A stretch of DNA of 64,000 nt, from positions 672,001 to 736,000 of the forward strand of contig CAVWWD010000005.1 of NCBI GenBank assembly GCA_963758635.1, in the 5' to 3' direction. Positions 47,051-58,729 of this stretch are shown here, piece by piece (within the stretch, counting starts at the first letter, position 1; every line of letters starts with the position of its first letter). The notes beneath the pieces are model-generated. The model searched no databases. It was not told the DNA's origin and was given only the letters and a program-made list of their open reading frames with translations. This DNA comes from an uncultured Candidatus Rokubacteria bacterium (GTDB taxonomy: Bacteria > Methylomirabilota > Methylomirabilia > Rokubacteriales > CSP1-6). A program made the translations under genes and the position numbers.

Positions 47051-48915
47051 GCACGGCCGCGTCCCCTCGCCCGCCCGTCTCGGCCAGGTAGACCGCCGCG
47101 CTCCACGGCGGCAGGACGGTCCATTCCTCCCGATCGAGTCCCGTCGCGTGGAGGCGGCGCCCCCAGCCCGCGCCGGGCCCGGCGTGCGGGACGGCGTCTC
47201 GCGCCGAGGTTGGCGACCAGCCGGAGCGTCCTCCGCCCTTCGAAGACCCATTCCGCCTCCACGGCGGCGGCGCCGATGGCCACCGCGCGGGCGCGCGGGC
47301 GCGGATCGCGCACGACGAGCGGCACGATCTCGCTCCGGCGCAGGGCGAGCAGCGTCCGGTAGAGGTCGAGGTGCGCCCGGTGGGCCGGCTCGCGGATCCG
47401 CGTCCAGTCGAGCACCGAGCGCGCCGCGGTGGCCGGATCCTGGGGATCGGGAACGCGGCCCGCGGCCCCGTCACGGAACCCCTCGAACGCGGCGAACTCA
47501 CGCCGCCGGCCCTCGGTGACCGACGGGCCCAGGTCGGGGCCGAGGTCGCTGAAGTAGAGGAACGGCTCGGGCGCCGCCCACTCCTCGCCCATGAAGACGA
47601 GCGGCAGCGCAGGCGTGAGGAGCAGCACGACGGCGGCCGCCCGCACGCCCGCCTCGGGGGCCAGCGCGTGCAGACGCTCGCCCAGCCCTCGGTTGCCGAC
47701 CTGGTCGTGATTCTGCAGGAACTGGACGAACGCGGTGACGGGGAGCGCGCCGGAGGGCGTGCCCCGCGGCCGTCCACGGCGCGCCGAGCGCTCGCCCTGG
47801 TACGCGAAGCCCTCGGCGAGGCAGCGAGCGAGGGACGGGGCCGGCGGATGGTAGTCCGCGTAGTAGCCCGACCGCTCGCCGGTCAGGAGCCCGTGGGCGG
47901 CGTGGTGGAAATCGTCGTTCCACTGGGCCCGGTACGCCGGCGGACGCTCGCGGCGCGCCTCGAGCCAGCGCGCGTCGTTGTCGTCGTTCTCCAGCATGAG
48001 ATGCACGTGGCGGCGCGCGCCGGGCCCGCTCCGCACGGCCTCGGCCAGCTCGTCCAGGACGTGACGCGGCGACCGGTCGTGGATCGCGTGCACGGCGTCC
48101 AGGCGGAGGCCGTCCAGGTGGTACTCCTCGAGCCAGTAGAGGGCGTTGTCCACCACGAGCCGGCGAGCGACCTCGGCGGCCGGGCCGTCGAAGGCGAGCC
48201 CGGCGCCCCACGGCGTGTCGCGGCCGCTCGCGATCAGGGCCGGCGCGTAGGCGCCGAGATAGTTGCCTTCCGGGCCGAGGTGGTTGTAGACCACGTCGAG
48301 CACCACCGCGATGCCGTGCGCGTGCGCGGCATCGACCAGCGCCTTGAGGTCCTCGGGGCGCCCGTAGGCGGGGTGCGGCGCGAAGAGCAGCACCCCGTCG
48401 TAGCCCCAGCCGCGGGATCCGGGGAACGTGGCCACCGGCATCAGCTCGACCGCCGTCACGCCCAGGTCGGAGAGGTACGGCAGCCGCTCGGCCGCGGCGT
48501 GGAACGTCCCCGCCGCGGTGAACGTGCCCACGTGCAGCTCGTAGAACACGAGCGCCTCGGCGGGCACGCCGCCCCAGCCGCCGTCCCGCCACTCGTGGGC
48601 CTCCGGATCGATGACCTCGCTCTCGCCGTGCACGCCGCCGGGCTGAAAGCGCGCGGCCGGGTCGGGCACGTGGAGCCCGCCGTCGATGCGGAAGCGGTAG
48701 CGCGTGCCCGGGCCCGCGCCGGCCACGTCGAGCCGCGCCCAGCCCGTGGCCTCGCGCGGCATCGACAGCACGCGGCCGTCGCCCAGCACCAGGTCCACCG
48801 CCCGCGGCGCCGGAGCCCAGAGCGCGAAGCGCACGCCGCCGGCGGCGAGGACCTCGGCGCCGAACGGCATCGCGTGGCGTCGCCGGACGCCCGCGGACGC
48901 GCCGGCCGCGTTCAT
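47031..48915 (-). CDS. treZ: Malto-oligosyltrehalose trehalohydrolase; frameshift at ~47200
   Basis: [63 protein letters not shown]. Confidence 0.92.
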
Positions 48916-51123
48916 CCTCGCCTGCGCGAGGGACGGAGCCGGAGCACGGCGATCGAGCGCCCCTCGAGCGGGTACTGATCGCCGGCGTGGAAGCCCTGGC
49001 CGCGGGGATGGAAGTCCCAGGCGCGCGTGTCGAGCACCAGGTCCCACCGGACGCGGGCGCGATGCGCGGGCAGCACGAACGGAATCGACTCGAAGTGGGC
49101 GTTCTCGAGGAGCAGGAACGTGTCGCCGACGATCGGCGCGCCGGCCTCGTCCAGCTCTTCGATGGCGTCCCCGGCGAGGCGGAGGCCCACGCAGCGGCTG
49201 AACCAGTTGCTCCACTCGTCCTCCGTCATCTCCTTGCCGTCGGGGCGGAACCACGACAGGTCCTTGACCTCGGAGCCGTGGATGCGCCGGCCCTGGAAGA
49301 ACCGGCGGCGGTGGAACACGGGGTGCTCGAGGCGGAGCGCGACGAGCCGGCGCGTGAAGTCGATCTGGCGCTGGCCGGCGCGGGTCGGCGGCCAGTGGAA
49401 CCACGAGATGTCGTTGTCCTGGGCGTAGGCGTTGTTGTTGCCCTGCTGGGTGCGGGCCATCTCGTCGCCGCCGCACAGCATCGGGATGCCTTGCGAGAGC
49501 AGCAGCGTCACGAGGAAGTTGCGCATCTGGCGCTCGCGGAGCGCCTGCACCGCGGGATCGCCGGTGGGCCCCTCCACGCCGCAGTTCCAGGACAGGTTCT
49601 CGTCCTGGCCGTCCCGGTTGTCCTCGCCGTTGGCCTCGTTGCGCTTGACGTTGTAGGCGACGAGGTCGGCCAGGGTGAAGCCGTCGTGGCACGTCACGAA
49701 GTTCACGCTCGCGTAGGGCCGGCGGCCGCCACGCTCGTACAGGTCGCTGGACCCGGCGAGCCGGTAGCCGAGCTCGCCCACCTGGCCCCAGTCGCCCTTC
49801 CAGTAGCGGCGGATCGTGTCGCGGTACTTGCCGTTCCACTCCGCCCAGCCCACGGGGAAGTTGCCCACCTGGTATCCGCCCTCGCCGAGGTCCCAGGGCT
49901 CGGCGATCAGCTTGACCTGGGAGACCACGGGATCCTGGTGGATGACGTCGAAGAACGCGGAGAGGCGGTCCACGTCGTGGAACTCGCGCGCGAGGGCGGA
50001 CGCGAGGTCGAAGCGGAATCCGTCGACGTGCATCTCGAGCACCCAGTAGCGCAGGCTGTCCATGAGGAGCTGCAGCGTCCGCGGGTGCGTCATGTTCAGC
50101 GTGTTGCCGCAGCCGGTGTAGTCCATGTAGTAGCGCCGGTCCTCGGGCGCCGTGCGGTAGTAGGCGGCGTTGTCGATGCCGCGGAAGCTCAGAGTCGGGC
50201 CGAGGTGGTTGCCCTCGCCGGTGTGGTTGTAGACCACGTCGAGGATCACCTCGATGCCCGCCCGGTGGAGCGTCTTCACCATGGTCTTGAACTCGGCGAC
50301 CTGCTGGCCGGGCGCGGCCGCGTAGGGCGCGTGCGGGCGCGAAGAAGCCGATCGAGTTGTAGCCCCAGTAGTTGGTGAGGCCGCGCTCGACCAGGTGGCG
50401 CTCGGCCACGAAGTGGTGCACGGGCAGGAGCTCCACCGCGGTCACGCCGAGCCGCGCCAGGTGGGCCACCGCGGGCTCGGAGGCGAGGCCGGCGTACGTG
50501 CCGCGGAGCGCGCGCGTGACCTGGGGATGGCGCGCGGTGAACCCCTTGACGTGCACCTCGTAGATGACGCTCCGGTGCCACGGCGTCCGGAGCGGCCGGT
50601 CGTCGCCCCACGTGAAGGCGGGGTCCACCACCACGCCCTTCGGCACGTAGGGCGCGCTGTCGCGCGGGTCCGCCACGAGGTCCGCGTCCGGCCCCTCACC
50701 TACCGGGTAGCCGAAGACGGCGTCGTGCCACTCGACCGGCCCGGTCAAGGCCTTCGCGTAGGGGTCGATGAGGAGCTTGGCCGGGTTGAACCGGTGGCCA
50801 GCGCCCGGCTCGTACGGGCCCTCCACGCGGAAGCCGTAGCGGTCACCGGGACGCGCGTCGGGCAGGTACACGTGCCAGACCTGGTCGGTCTGCTCGACCA
50901 TGGGCACGCGGCGGGTCTCTTCCCGCGCGTCGCCCTCGAACAGGCAGAGCGTGACGCCGGTCGCGTGCTCGCTGAAGAGGGCGAAGTTCACGCCGGCGCC
51001 GTCCCACGTCGCCCCCAGGGGATACGAGGCGCCGGGACGCGTGCGCAGCGACGGCGGGGAGCCCGTCGCGCCGCGGCCGCGGTCGCCAGCGGGCTTCGCC
51101 CTCGGGTCGGGCGTCTCGCTCAC
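48912..51123 (-). CDS. glgX: Glycogen debranching enzyme (isoamylase); frameshift at ~50336
   Basis: [64 protein letters not shown]. Confidence 0.93.
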
Positions 51124-54100
51124 GACGCCTGCGCCTCGAGCTGGAGCAGCGCGCCCGGAAACTCCGCGAAGAGCCGCCCGACGCGGATGCCAGGCCCCTC
51201 GGCGCCGGACTCGACCTCGATGCGCCGGCCGGTGATCCAGTCGCGATACACGCCCGGAGGCGCGACGTCGGCGAGCGCCACGCGGGTGTCCCGCCACGGG
51301 TCGGGCCCGATCGGAAGCGCGCCGCCGAGGCCCGTCAGGCGCGCGGGCAGGCGCGGCGCGGCCACGATCGCGGCCCGCCCGCCCAGCCGGCGCGCGAAGG
51401 CCACGACGTGCTCGGCGCGCTCACCCTCCGCGGCCAGGGGCCGGTAGTCGCCCGCCACGAACAGCGCGGGCTCGGCGCGACGGAACGCGAGCGCGCGGTG
51501 GACCAGGTGGAGCTTGACGCGGCCGTCCTCCCAGCTCTCGAGGAGCTCCCGGACGAGCGCCGACAGGTCGTCGCCGGCCGCGGCGCTCCGCGCCGTCAGC
51601 TCGTCCAGCATGCGCGCCCGCGCGGCGAAGTCGACGGGCCGCCGGTTGTCCGGATCGACCAGCGAGAGGTCCCACAGCTCGGCGCCCTGGTAGAGATCGG
51701 GGATGCCGGGGGCGCCGAGCTTCAGCAGGGTCTGGGCGAGCCCGGCCACCATGCCGTGCCGGGCGATCCGCGCCTGGAACGGGCGGAACTCGTCCACGAA
51801 CGCGCTGCCCTCGGCGAGCAGGCCCCGGACCCAGTCGCGCGTCGCCTGCTCGTAGGCCGGGTCGGGGTTGATCCACGACGTGTGGACCTTGGCCTCGCGC
51901 GACGCCTTCTCCATGTAGGCGATGATCCGCGCCGTGAAGCCCTCGCGCTCGCGGTCCCAGTCGCCGGTCGGCCACGCCCCGACGAGGGTCTGGTAGAGGA
52001 GGTACTGGTCGTTCCGCGACGGCCCCGCCGGATCCGCGCCGCCGCGACGGGCCCGGCGGCCGAGCGCGCGCCAGCGGCGGAGCCCGGCCTGCCACTCGGC
52101 CGGCGCCTCCGACAGCACGTTGAGGCGCGCGCGCACGTCCTCGCCGCGCTTGGTGTCGTGCGACGTGGTGGCCAGGAGCGACTCCGGCCAGCGAGCGTGC
52201 CGCGCGCGCGTTCCGCTCGTGGAACGCCGCCGGCGACTCGCCGAAGCGTCCCGGATCGCCTCCCACCTCGTTGAGCGACGCCAGGCGGAGGTACACGTAG
52301 AACGCCGTGTCCTCGACGCCCTTGGCCGTCACCGGCCCCGAGGCCTGCTGGAAGCGTCCGACGAACTGCCGCCACGCCTCGCGCGTCGGCGTCGGGCAGG
52401 CCGTCCGGCTGGCGCAGCAGCAGCACGTCGGCGAGGAAGTCGAACACGGACGCGCTCACCACGGTGTTGCGACGCTTGGCCTCGGCGACCGCGCGCTGGA
52501 CCACGTTCCGGTCCTGCGCGCTCGGCTCCGGTCCCTGGTCGCCCACGTAGGTGCGGTACACGGGCAGGCACGCGATGACCTCGCGCACCGCCCGCACCAT
52601 GGCGGGCAGCGTGAAGTCGCGCGAGCGGCGGTTCCGCGCGGCGAGACGCGCCAGGTGCCAGCCGAGCGTGTTCATCTCGCCCGCCATCGTCGTCTGCATG
52701 ATGAGGCGCTTGCCGGCGTACGCCACGTCGGCCCACGGCGGCGTGGGGCCCGACGAAGCGCGTGTAGACGCTCGTCATCTGGCGGGAGGCGCCGCGATCC
52801 ACCCCGAGGCCGCTCACCGAGGCGAGGAAGTCGTAGCCCGTCGTGCCCGCGACCGGCCACCACTCGGGCAGTGGCTCGTCACCGATCAGGATCTTCTCCG
52901 CGGCGATCCAGAGCGGCCGCGCGGCGTCGCCCCCGGCCGCGGCGGCGGCGCGGTGGCGGGCCAGCAGCTCGTCCAGCTGGGCGGGTGGGAGGTCGGGCTC
53001 GAGCCGCCGGGCCACTGCGGCCACCGCCCCCTCCTGGAGCCGCGCGAAGTACTCCGCCGGCGCGTAGAGCCCGTCGGGATGGTCGACGCGCAGCCCGTTC
53101 ACGAGCCCCTCGCCGACCAGGCGGAACACGAGGCGGTGCGCGGCCTCGAACACCTCGGGCGTCTCCATGCGGATCGCGGCCAGGTGGTTCACGTCGAAGA
53201 AGCGCCGGTAGTTCACCTCGTCGCCGGCCACGCGCCAGTCGGCCAGGCGATAGGCCTGGGCACCGAGGAGCGCGTCGAGCAGGTCGAAGGACCGCGGATC
53301 GCCGGCCTGGCCCTGGAACGCGCGGAGGCCGTCGTCCACGAGACCGCGGATCTCGCCGGACTCCTTCACGAGCGCGGCGAGGCGCCGCTTGACGACCTCC
53401 TTCTCGCGAGCGCGCTCCTCGCGCCGCGCCGGGTCGGCCTCGGCGCGACCGGGCAGGTGGTCGAGCGCGGTCAGGACGCTGAGCAGCTCGTCGACATGGG
53501 GGTCGTCGGGCCGCCGCTCGCGCAGGGCGTCGAGGCCGCGGGTCAAGATCCGGGGATAGGTCTCCGGGGCCACGGGCAGCCGGGCGTCGTTCACCCGGAC
53601 GAAGAACGCGCCGTCGGCGAACTCGAGCGCGAGGCCGCCGCCCTCGAGCACCTTGCCGTACTGATCGGGCAGCACGGGGAGCAGCACCGTGTCCAGGAGC
53701 TCGGGCTTCGCCGGCGTCCAGTTGATGTCGAAGAAGCCGGCATACCGCGAGGCGGGTCCGTTCTCGAGCACGTCCATCCACCACGGGTTGGTGTCGCCCA
53801 GCACGCCCATGTGGTTCGGCACCACGTCGAGCACGAGCCCGAGGCCGGCCGCCGCCGCCGCGCGCGCCATCCGCGCGAAGCTGTCGGGGTCGCCCACGTC
53901 GGGATTGAACGAGCCGTGGTCGGTGACGTCGTAGCCGTGGCTCGACCCCGGCCCGCACCGGAAGCAGGGCGACAGGTACACGTCGCTCACGCCGAGCCGG
54001 ACGAGATAGGGGATCAGCGCGGTCACGTCGTCGAAGCGGAGCCCGGAGCCGAGCTGCAGCCGATACGTCGCCCGGCGCTCGCGGCCGAGCGCCTGCCGCG

Positions 54101-54131
54101 TCTGCTCGAGAAGCACGTCGCTCTGGCTCAT
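51120..54131 (-). CDS. treY: Malto-oligosyltrehalose synthase; frameshifts at ~52740, ~52380 and ~52195
   Basis: [87 protein letters not shown], spread over four frame segments. Confidence 0.92.
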
Positions 54132-54158
54132 GTCCGGGACCCCAATGGATTCACGCAA

Positions 54159-54279
54159 GGTGCGGGCGGGCGAAGCCCGGGCGCCCGCACCCGGTGATAG
54201 GGCGGGCGAAGCCCGGGCGCCCGCGCACGCGGGAGAGGCGACGTCAGGTGCGGGCGGGCGAAGCCCGGGCGCCCGCACC
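54159..54279. repeat. Three REP-like palindromic repeats
   Basis: GGTGCGGGCGGGCGAAGCCCGGGCGCCCGCACC at 54159-54191 and 54247-54279, partial copy at 54200-54224; inner GGGC-GAA-GCCC hairpin. Confidence 0.85.
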
Positions 54280-54288
54280 ATGGTGATA

Positions 54289-54723
54289 TCAGGCCGGCAG
54301 CGGCTGACCGTCCAGGTCCTCGGCCCGGTCCACGCGAATCAGCACCGCGTAGCCCTTCTTGTCCGGGTCGCGGTCCTTCTCGGGCTGGACCAGCCGCCGC
54401 CAGACCTCCTCGTAGGCCGGACCCGCCTTCTCGATCCGCGCGGTGCCGTAGAAGCGCGCGATGCCGCCCTTCGGGAGCACGCCGGACTCTCGGAGCGCCG
54501 GCTTCCGGAAGAACACCGTGACCTTGGTGCCGTCCTTCAAGTTCGCGCTCGTCGAGCCCTTCCCGCGCTCCCACAGCGCGATGTGCTCGTCGTCGAACAC
54601 CATGGTGCTGCCGCGCGGCGTGACCTGGGCGAAGCCCTCCGGGAGGACGGAGCCGATCAGGCACACGTTCGCGGGAAAGGCCGTGTTGATGTGCTCGTGC
54701 AGGACGCTCGGGATCTTCGCCAC
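54289..54723 (-). CDS. Pyridoxamine 5'-phosphate oxidase family (split-barrel) protein
   Basis: GAGGAGG RBS and GTG; AQVTPRGSTMVFDDEHIALWER, ARFYGTA, LIRVDRAEDL. Confidence 0.75.
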   Translation of the reverse strand: MAKIPSVLHEHINTAFPANVCLIGSVLPEGFAQVTPRGSTMVFDDEHIALWERGKGSTSANLKDGTKVTVFFRKPALRESGVLPKGGIARFYGTARIEKAGPAYEEVWRRLVQPEKDRDPDKKGYAVLIRVDRAEDLDGQPLPA

Positions 54724-54740
54724 TGTCCCCTCCTCGGTTG

Positions 54741-55820
54741 TCAGGCGAGCGCCTCGGCGATCGCCACCAGCGCCTCGTACTCCTGCATCCAGTACCGGTG
54801 ATCGCGGAAGTTCGGAAACGCGTGCGGGAACGACGGGTCGTCCCAGCGGCGCGCGATCCAGCCCGACATGTGCACGATGCGCATGGCCCGGAGCATCTCG
54901 CAGAGCTCGAGCGTCGAGCGGTCGAACTCGCGGAACACCTCGTAGCCTTCGAGCAGCTCGTCGCGGGCCCGGCGCGCCTCCTCGGTGTCGCCGCGCGCGA
55001 GGAGCCACAGGTCCTGGACGGGCGGGCCCATCAGGCAGTCGTCGAAGTCCACGAGGACGGGCCCGTCCGACGCCCAGAGGATGTTGCCCCAGTGCAGGTC
55101 GCCGTGGATCCGCTGGACGGGCGCGCCGGCCAGCGCGTCGCGCGCGGCGTCGGCGATGCGCAGCGCGGTGTCGCGGTAGCGCGGCCCGAGCGTGCCCGGG
55201 ATGAAGTCGCCGGCCACGAGCACCTCGACCGGGCGCTCGATGTACGTCGCCACGTCGAGGCGCAGCCGATGGGACGCGGGACGCGCCGCGCCCACCGCGT
55301 GCATGCGGCCGATGGTGCGGCCGATGCGCCGGCGGTTCTCCGCGTCCAGCTCGTCCAGCCAGCGGCCGCGCACCTTGGGGAACGCGGCGTAGTAGATGCC
55401 CTCGCTCTCCGCGAGCGTCGAGCCCGTGCCGAGGTCGATGGGCGCGGCCACCGGCACCTCGGCGGCGGCGAGGTCGGCGAGGAACGCGTGCTCGTCGAGG
55501 ATGGTCTCGCGCGACCACCGGCCCGGCCGGTAGAACTTCACGACGAGTCGGCGCTCGTCCTCCAGCTCCACCTCGTACACGCGGTTCTCGAAGGCGCGCA
55601 GCGGCAGGCAGCGGCCCGTGCTCCTGAGTCCGCCCACCTCCACCGCGCTCAGCACGCGGTCGGGAGTGAGGGCGAAGAACGACGAGCGCGACGCCTCGGG
55701 CGCCTCGGGGGGGCGGGCGGCGACGTCCGGGAGCCGGCGGTTGCCGTCGGGGAGTCGGCGGTTGCCGTCGACCGGGCGCCCGGCCGCGGGCCGGCGCGGA
55801 GGACGGCCCGGGCTGGCTAT
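54741..55820 (-). CDS. srkA: Stress response Ser/Thr kinase (SrkA/RdoA/YihE); start codon uncertain
   Basis: FFALTPDRVL, FENRVY, VKFYRPGRWS..ILDEH, RIHGDLHWGNILW, DFDD, QDLW, WIARRWDDPSFP. Confidence 0.88.
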   Translation of the reverse strand: MASPGRPPRRPAAGRPVDGNRRLPDGNRRLPDVAARPPEAPEASRSSFFALTPDRVLSAVEVGGLRSTGRCLPLRAFENRVYEVELEDERRLVVKFYRPGRWSRETILDEHAFLADLAAAEVPVAAPIDLGTGSTLAESEGIYYAAFPKVRGRWLDELDAENRRRIGRTIGRMHAVGAARPASHRLRLDVATYIERPVEVLVAGDFIPGTLGPRYRDTALRIADAARDALAGAPVQRIHGDLHWGNILWASDGPVLVDFDDCLMGPPVQDLWLLARGDTEEARRARDELLEGYEVFREFDRSTLELCEMLRAMRIVHMSGWIARRWDDPSFPHAFPNFRDHRYWMQEYEALVAIAEALA

Positions 55821-58705
55821 GACCGGCCGGCCTCGCTCGCGCTCAGGCCCTCCACGGCGTCGCGCAGGACCTCGGCGGGATGCCGGGCGCGGCGCCCGGC
55901 GAGGTGCTCGATCTGCTGGCGGCAGGAGATGCCCGGCGCCACCACCTCGGTGTCGGCGGTCGCCGCCTTCACGGCGGGCGCGAGACGGCGATTGCCGAGC
56001 GACACGGAGATGTCGTAGTGCTCGCGCTCGAAGCCGAAGGAGCCGGCCATGCCGCAGCAGCCCGAATCGACCTCGCTCACCTCGAAGCCCGCCCACGCGA
56101 GCGCGGCCACGGTCGGCGCGGTGCCGGCGATGGCCTTCTGGTGGCAGTGGCCGTGGAGGAGCGCGCGGCGCTTTCCCGGCTTCCACGAGATGACGAGGCC
56201 CCGCGCCCGCTCGCGCATCAGGAACTCTTCCAGGAGGAAGCTCGAGCCGGCCACCGCGCGCGCCTCGTCGGTGCGGAGGAGGTCCACGTACTCGTCGCGG
56301 AGCGTGAGCAGGCACGACGGCTCGAGCCCCACCACGGCCGCGCCTCCGGCCACGAGCGGGGCAAGCCGGGCCACGTTCCACGCGGCGTTGGCCTTGGCCT
56401 CGCCGAGCATGCCCTTCGAGATCATGGGCCGCCCGCAGCACTTCCGGTCGACCAGCTCCACCCGGTAGCCCGCCGCCTCCAGCAATTCCACCGCGGCCCG
56501 CCCGACGTGGGGCGTGTTGTAGGTCACGAAGGTGTCGTTGAAGAGCACCACGCGCCCGCGCGGCGCCGCGGCCGGGGCGCGGCGGCGATCGAACCAGTCG
56601 GTGAAGGTCTCGCGGGCGAACGGGGGCAGCGGACGGCGCCGGTCCACGCCCACCATCCGCTCCATGAGCCACCGGTTGGGCGCGGACGCGGCGATCCAGT
56701 TCGAGAGCGGCGCCAGCCGCGAGCCCCACCACGAGAGCGTGCCGATCCGGCCGAACAGCCGGTTGCGGAGCGGCAGCCCGTTGGCCTGGTAGTAGTGGTG
56801 GAGGAACTCGTACTTGAGCTTCGCCATGTCCACGTTCGACGGGCACTCCGCCTTGCAGCCCTTGCACTCGAGGCAGAGGTCCATGACCTCGAAGAGCCGC
56901 TTGCCCGCGAACTCGGCCTGCGGCACGCGGCCGGAGAGCACGGCGCGGAGCGCGTTGGCGCGGCCGCGCGTGGAGTGCTCCTCGTCCCTCGTCGCCATGT
57001 ACGAGGGGCACATGGTGCCCTCGAGCTTCTTCCGGCACACGCCCACGCCGTTGCAGTTCTCCACGGCGCGGGCGAACCCGCCCTGGTCGGAGAAGTCGAG
57101 CAGCGTCGTCGGCTCCCACGTCGTGTACGAGGCGCCGTACCGGAGGTTCTCCGTCACCCCCGGGCTGTCCACGAGGTTCCCCGGGTTCATGCGGTTCTTC
57201 GGGTCGAAGGCCGACTTGAACTCGCGGAAGGCCTGGAACAGCGTGGGGCCGAACACGCGCTCGAGGAACGGGCTCCGCGCCCGCCCGTCGCCGTGCTCGC
57301 TGGAGATGGCGCCGCCGTACTCGAGCACGAGGTCGAAGATCTCGTCGGCCACCGCGCGCACCTGCTCGAGGCCCCGCGTCGTCTTGAGGTCGATCACGGG
57401 ACGGATGTGGATGCAGCCCACCGAGCAGTGCCCGTAGTACGCCCCCTCCGCCCCGTGCTTCAGCATGATCTCGCGGAAGCGTGGCACGAACGTGGCGAGG
57501 TGCTTGGGATCGACCGCGGTGTCCTCGACGAAGGCGATGGGCTTGGCGTCGCCCTTGACCCCGAACAGGAGCCCGAGGCCCGCCTTCCGGAGCTTCCAGA
57601 TCGACTGCTGCTCCGCGGGGTCGAGGGCCTGGGTGGCCGCGTAGCCCCACTTCTCGCGGGCGCGGCGCGCCTCCAGGGCCTCGACCTTCGCGCGGACCTC
57701 GTCGTCGGTGTCGCCCGCGTATTCCACGATGAGGATGGCCGCGGGATCGCCCTGGACGAAGCCCATGCGCTGGCGGTGCTCGATGTTGTTCCGCGCGAGG
57801 TCGAGGATCATCTTGTCGGTGAGCTCGACCGCGTAGGCGTCGGTCTCCAGGATGGACTGCGAGGACTCGAGCGCCTCCTGCATGTCGTGGTAGTGGATGA
57901 CGTCGAGCGCGGTCCTCTTCGGCCGGCGCACCAGCCGCATCTTCGCCTCGACCACGGTGAGGAGCGTGCCCTCGGAGCCCACGATGAGCCGCGCCATGTT
58001 GAGGGGCCGGTCCTTCACGAGCTCGTCCAGGTTGTAGCCGCACACCCGGCGCCAGTGCTTCGGATACCCGGTGCGGATGTCCGCGCGGTAGCGCTCGCGG
58101 ATGCGGTCCACCTCGCGGTAGATCTGCCCCTCGAGCCCGGGCAGGCGCATCTTGGCCCGGAACTCGTCGGGCGTCACCTCGCCGAACACGGCGGCGCTGC
58201 CGTCGGAGAGCAGCGTCGTGATCTCGATGACGTGCTCCACGGTCAGCCCGTAGGCGATCGAGTGCGAGCCGCCCGAGTTGTTGCCGAGCATGCCGCCGAT
58301 GGTGGCGCGGTCCGAGGTGGAGGTGTCGGGGCCGAAGAGCAGGCCCTGGGGCCGGACGTGGCGGTTCAGCTCGTCCTGCACCGCGCCGGGCTGGACGCGC
58401 GTCCACAGCTCCTCCTCGTTCACCTCGAGCACCTGGTTCATGTAGCGGGAGAAGTCGAGGACGACCGCGCGGTTCACGGTCTGCCCGGTGAGCGAGGTGC
58501 CGCCGCCGCGCGGGAGCACGGGCACGTTCTGGCGGTTGGCGACCTCGATCACCGCCTGCACGTCGCCGGCGTGGCGCGGGATGACCACGCCGATCGGCTC
58601 CATCTGGTACATCGACGCGTCGGTGGAGTACAGGAGCTGGGAGAAGCGGTCGAACCGGACGTCGCCCTCGACGACCCGGCGCAGCTCGTGCTCGAGATCG
58701 TTCAT
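55817..58705 (-). CDS. FAD-binding Fe-S oxidoreductase (D-2-hydroxyacid dehydrogenase, GlcD-GlcF fusion / YdiJ-like)
   Basis: YSTDAS, PRGGGTSLTGQ, EHGDG, CNGVGVC, MCPSY, CLECKGCKAECP, CCG motifs, HGHCHQ. Confidence 0.92.
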   Translation of the reverse strand: MNDLEHELRRVVEGDVRFDRFSQLLYSTDASMYQMEPIGVVIPRHAGDVQAVIEVANRQNVPVLPRGGGTSLTGQTVNRAVVLDFSRYMNQVLEVNEEELWTRVQPGAVQDELNRHVRPQGLLFGPDTSTSDRATIGGMLGNNSGGSHSIAYGLTVEHVIEITTLLSDGSAAVFGEVTPDEFRAKMRLPGLEGQIYREVDRIRERYRADIRTGYPKHWRRVCGYNLDELVKDRPLNMARLIVGSEGTLLTVVEAKMRLVRRPKRTALDVIHYHDMQEALESSQSILETDAYAVELTDKMILDLARNNIEHRQRMGFVQGDPAAILIVEYAGDTDDEVRAKVEALEARRAREKWGYAATQALDPAEQQSIWKLRKAGLGLLFGVKGDAKPIAFVEDTAVDPKHLATFVPRFREIMLKHGAEGAYYGHCSVGCIHIRPVIDLKTTRGLEQVRAVADEIFDLVLEYGGAISSEHGDGRARSPFLERVFGPTLFQAFREFKSAFDPKNRMNPGNLVDSPGVTENLRYGASYTTWEPTTLLDFSDQGGFARAVENCNGVGVCRKKLEGTMCPSYMATRDEEHSTRGRANALRAVLSGRVPQAEFAGKRLFEVMDLCLECKGCKAECPSNVDMAKLKYEFLHHYYQANGLPLRNRLFGRIGTLSWWGSRLAPLSNWIAASAPNRWLMERMVGVDRRRPLPPFARETFTDWFDRRRAPAAAPRGRVVLFNDTFVTYNTPHVGRAAVELLEAAGYRVELVDRKCCGRPMISKGMLGEAKANAAWNVARLAPLVAGGAAVVGLEPSCLLTLRDEYVDLLRTDEARAVAGSSFLLEEFLMRERARGLVISWKPGKRRALLHGHCHQKAIAGTAPTVAALAWAGFEVSEVDSGCCGMAGSFGFEREHYDISVSLGNRRLAPAVKAATADTEVVAPGISCRQQIEHLAGRRARHPAEVLRDAVEGLSASEAGRS

Positions 58706-58715
58706 CGCGGGGCGA

Positions 58716-58723
58716 ATTATACT
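58716..58723. promoter_or_regulatory. Overlapping divergent -10 elements
   Basis: TATAAT (minus, 58721-58716) and TATACT (plus, 58718-58723) within the 18-24 bp between divergent start codons. Confidence 0.6.
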
Positions 58724-58729
58724 ATGCGC

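Noticed and set aside
46840..51297. 1485-aa GlgX-TreZ fusion
   Set aside because: Created by frameshifts; the middle part is shadow translation while the true GlgX C-terminus lies in frame 48912..50282
54741..58406. 1221-aa kinase fusion
   Set aside because: The N-terminal ~860 aa are an Arg/Gly/Pro-rich shadow frame of the FAD/Fe-S oxidase gene
55880..58723. Long antisense ORFs here and throughout the window
   Set aside because: Expected in high-GC DNA; they lie antisense or out of frame to well-supported genes and show no motifs
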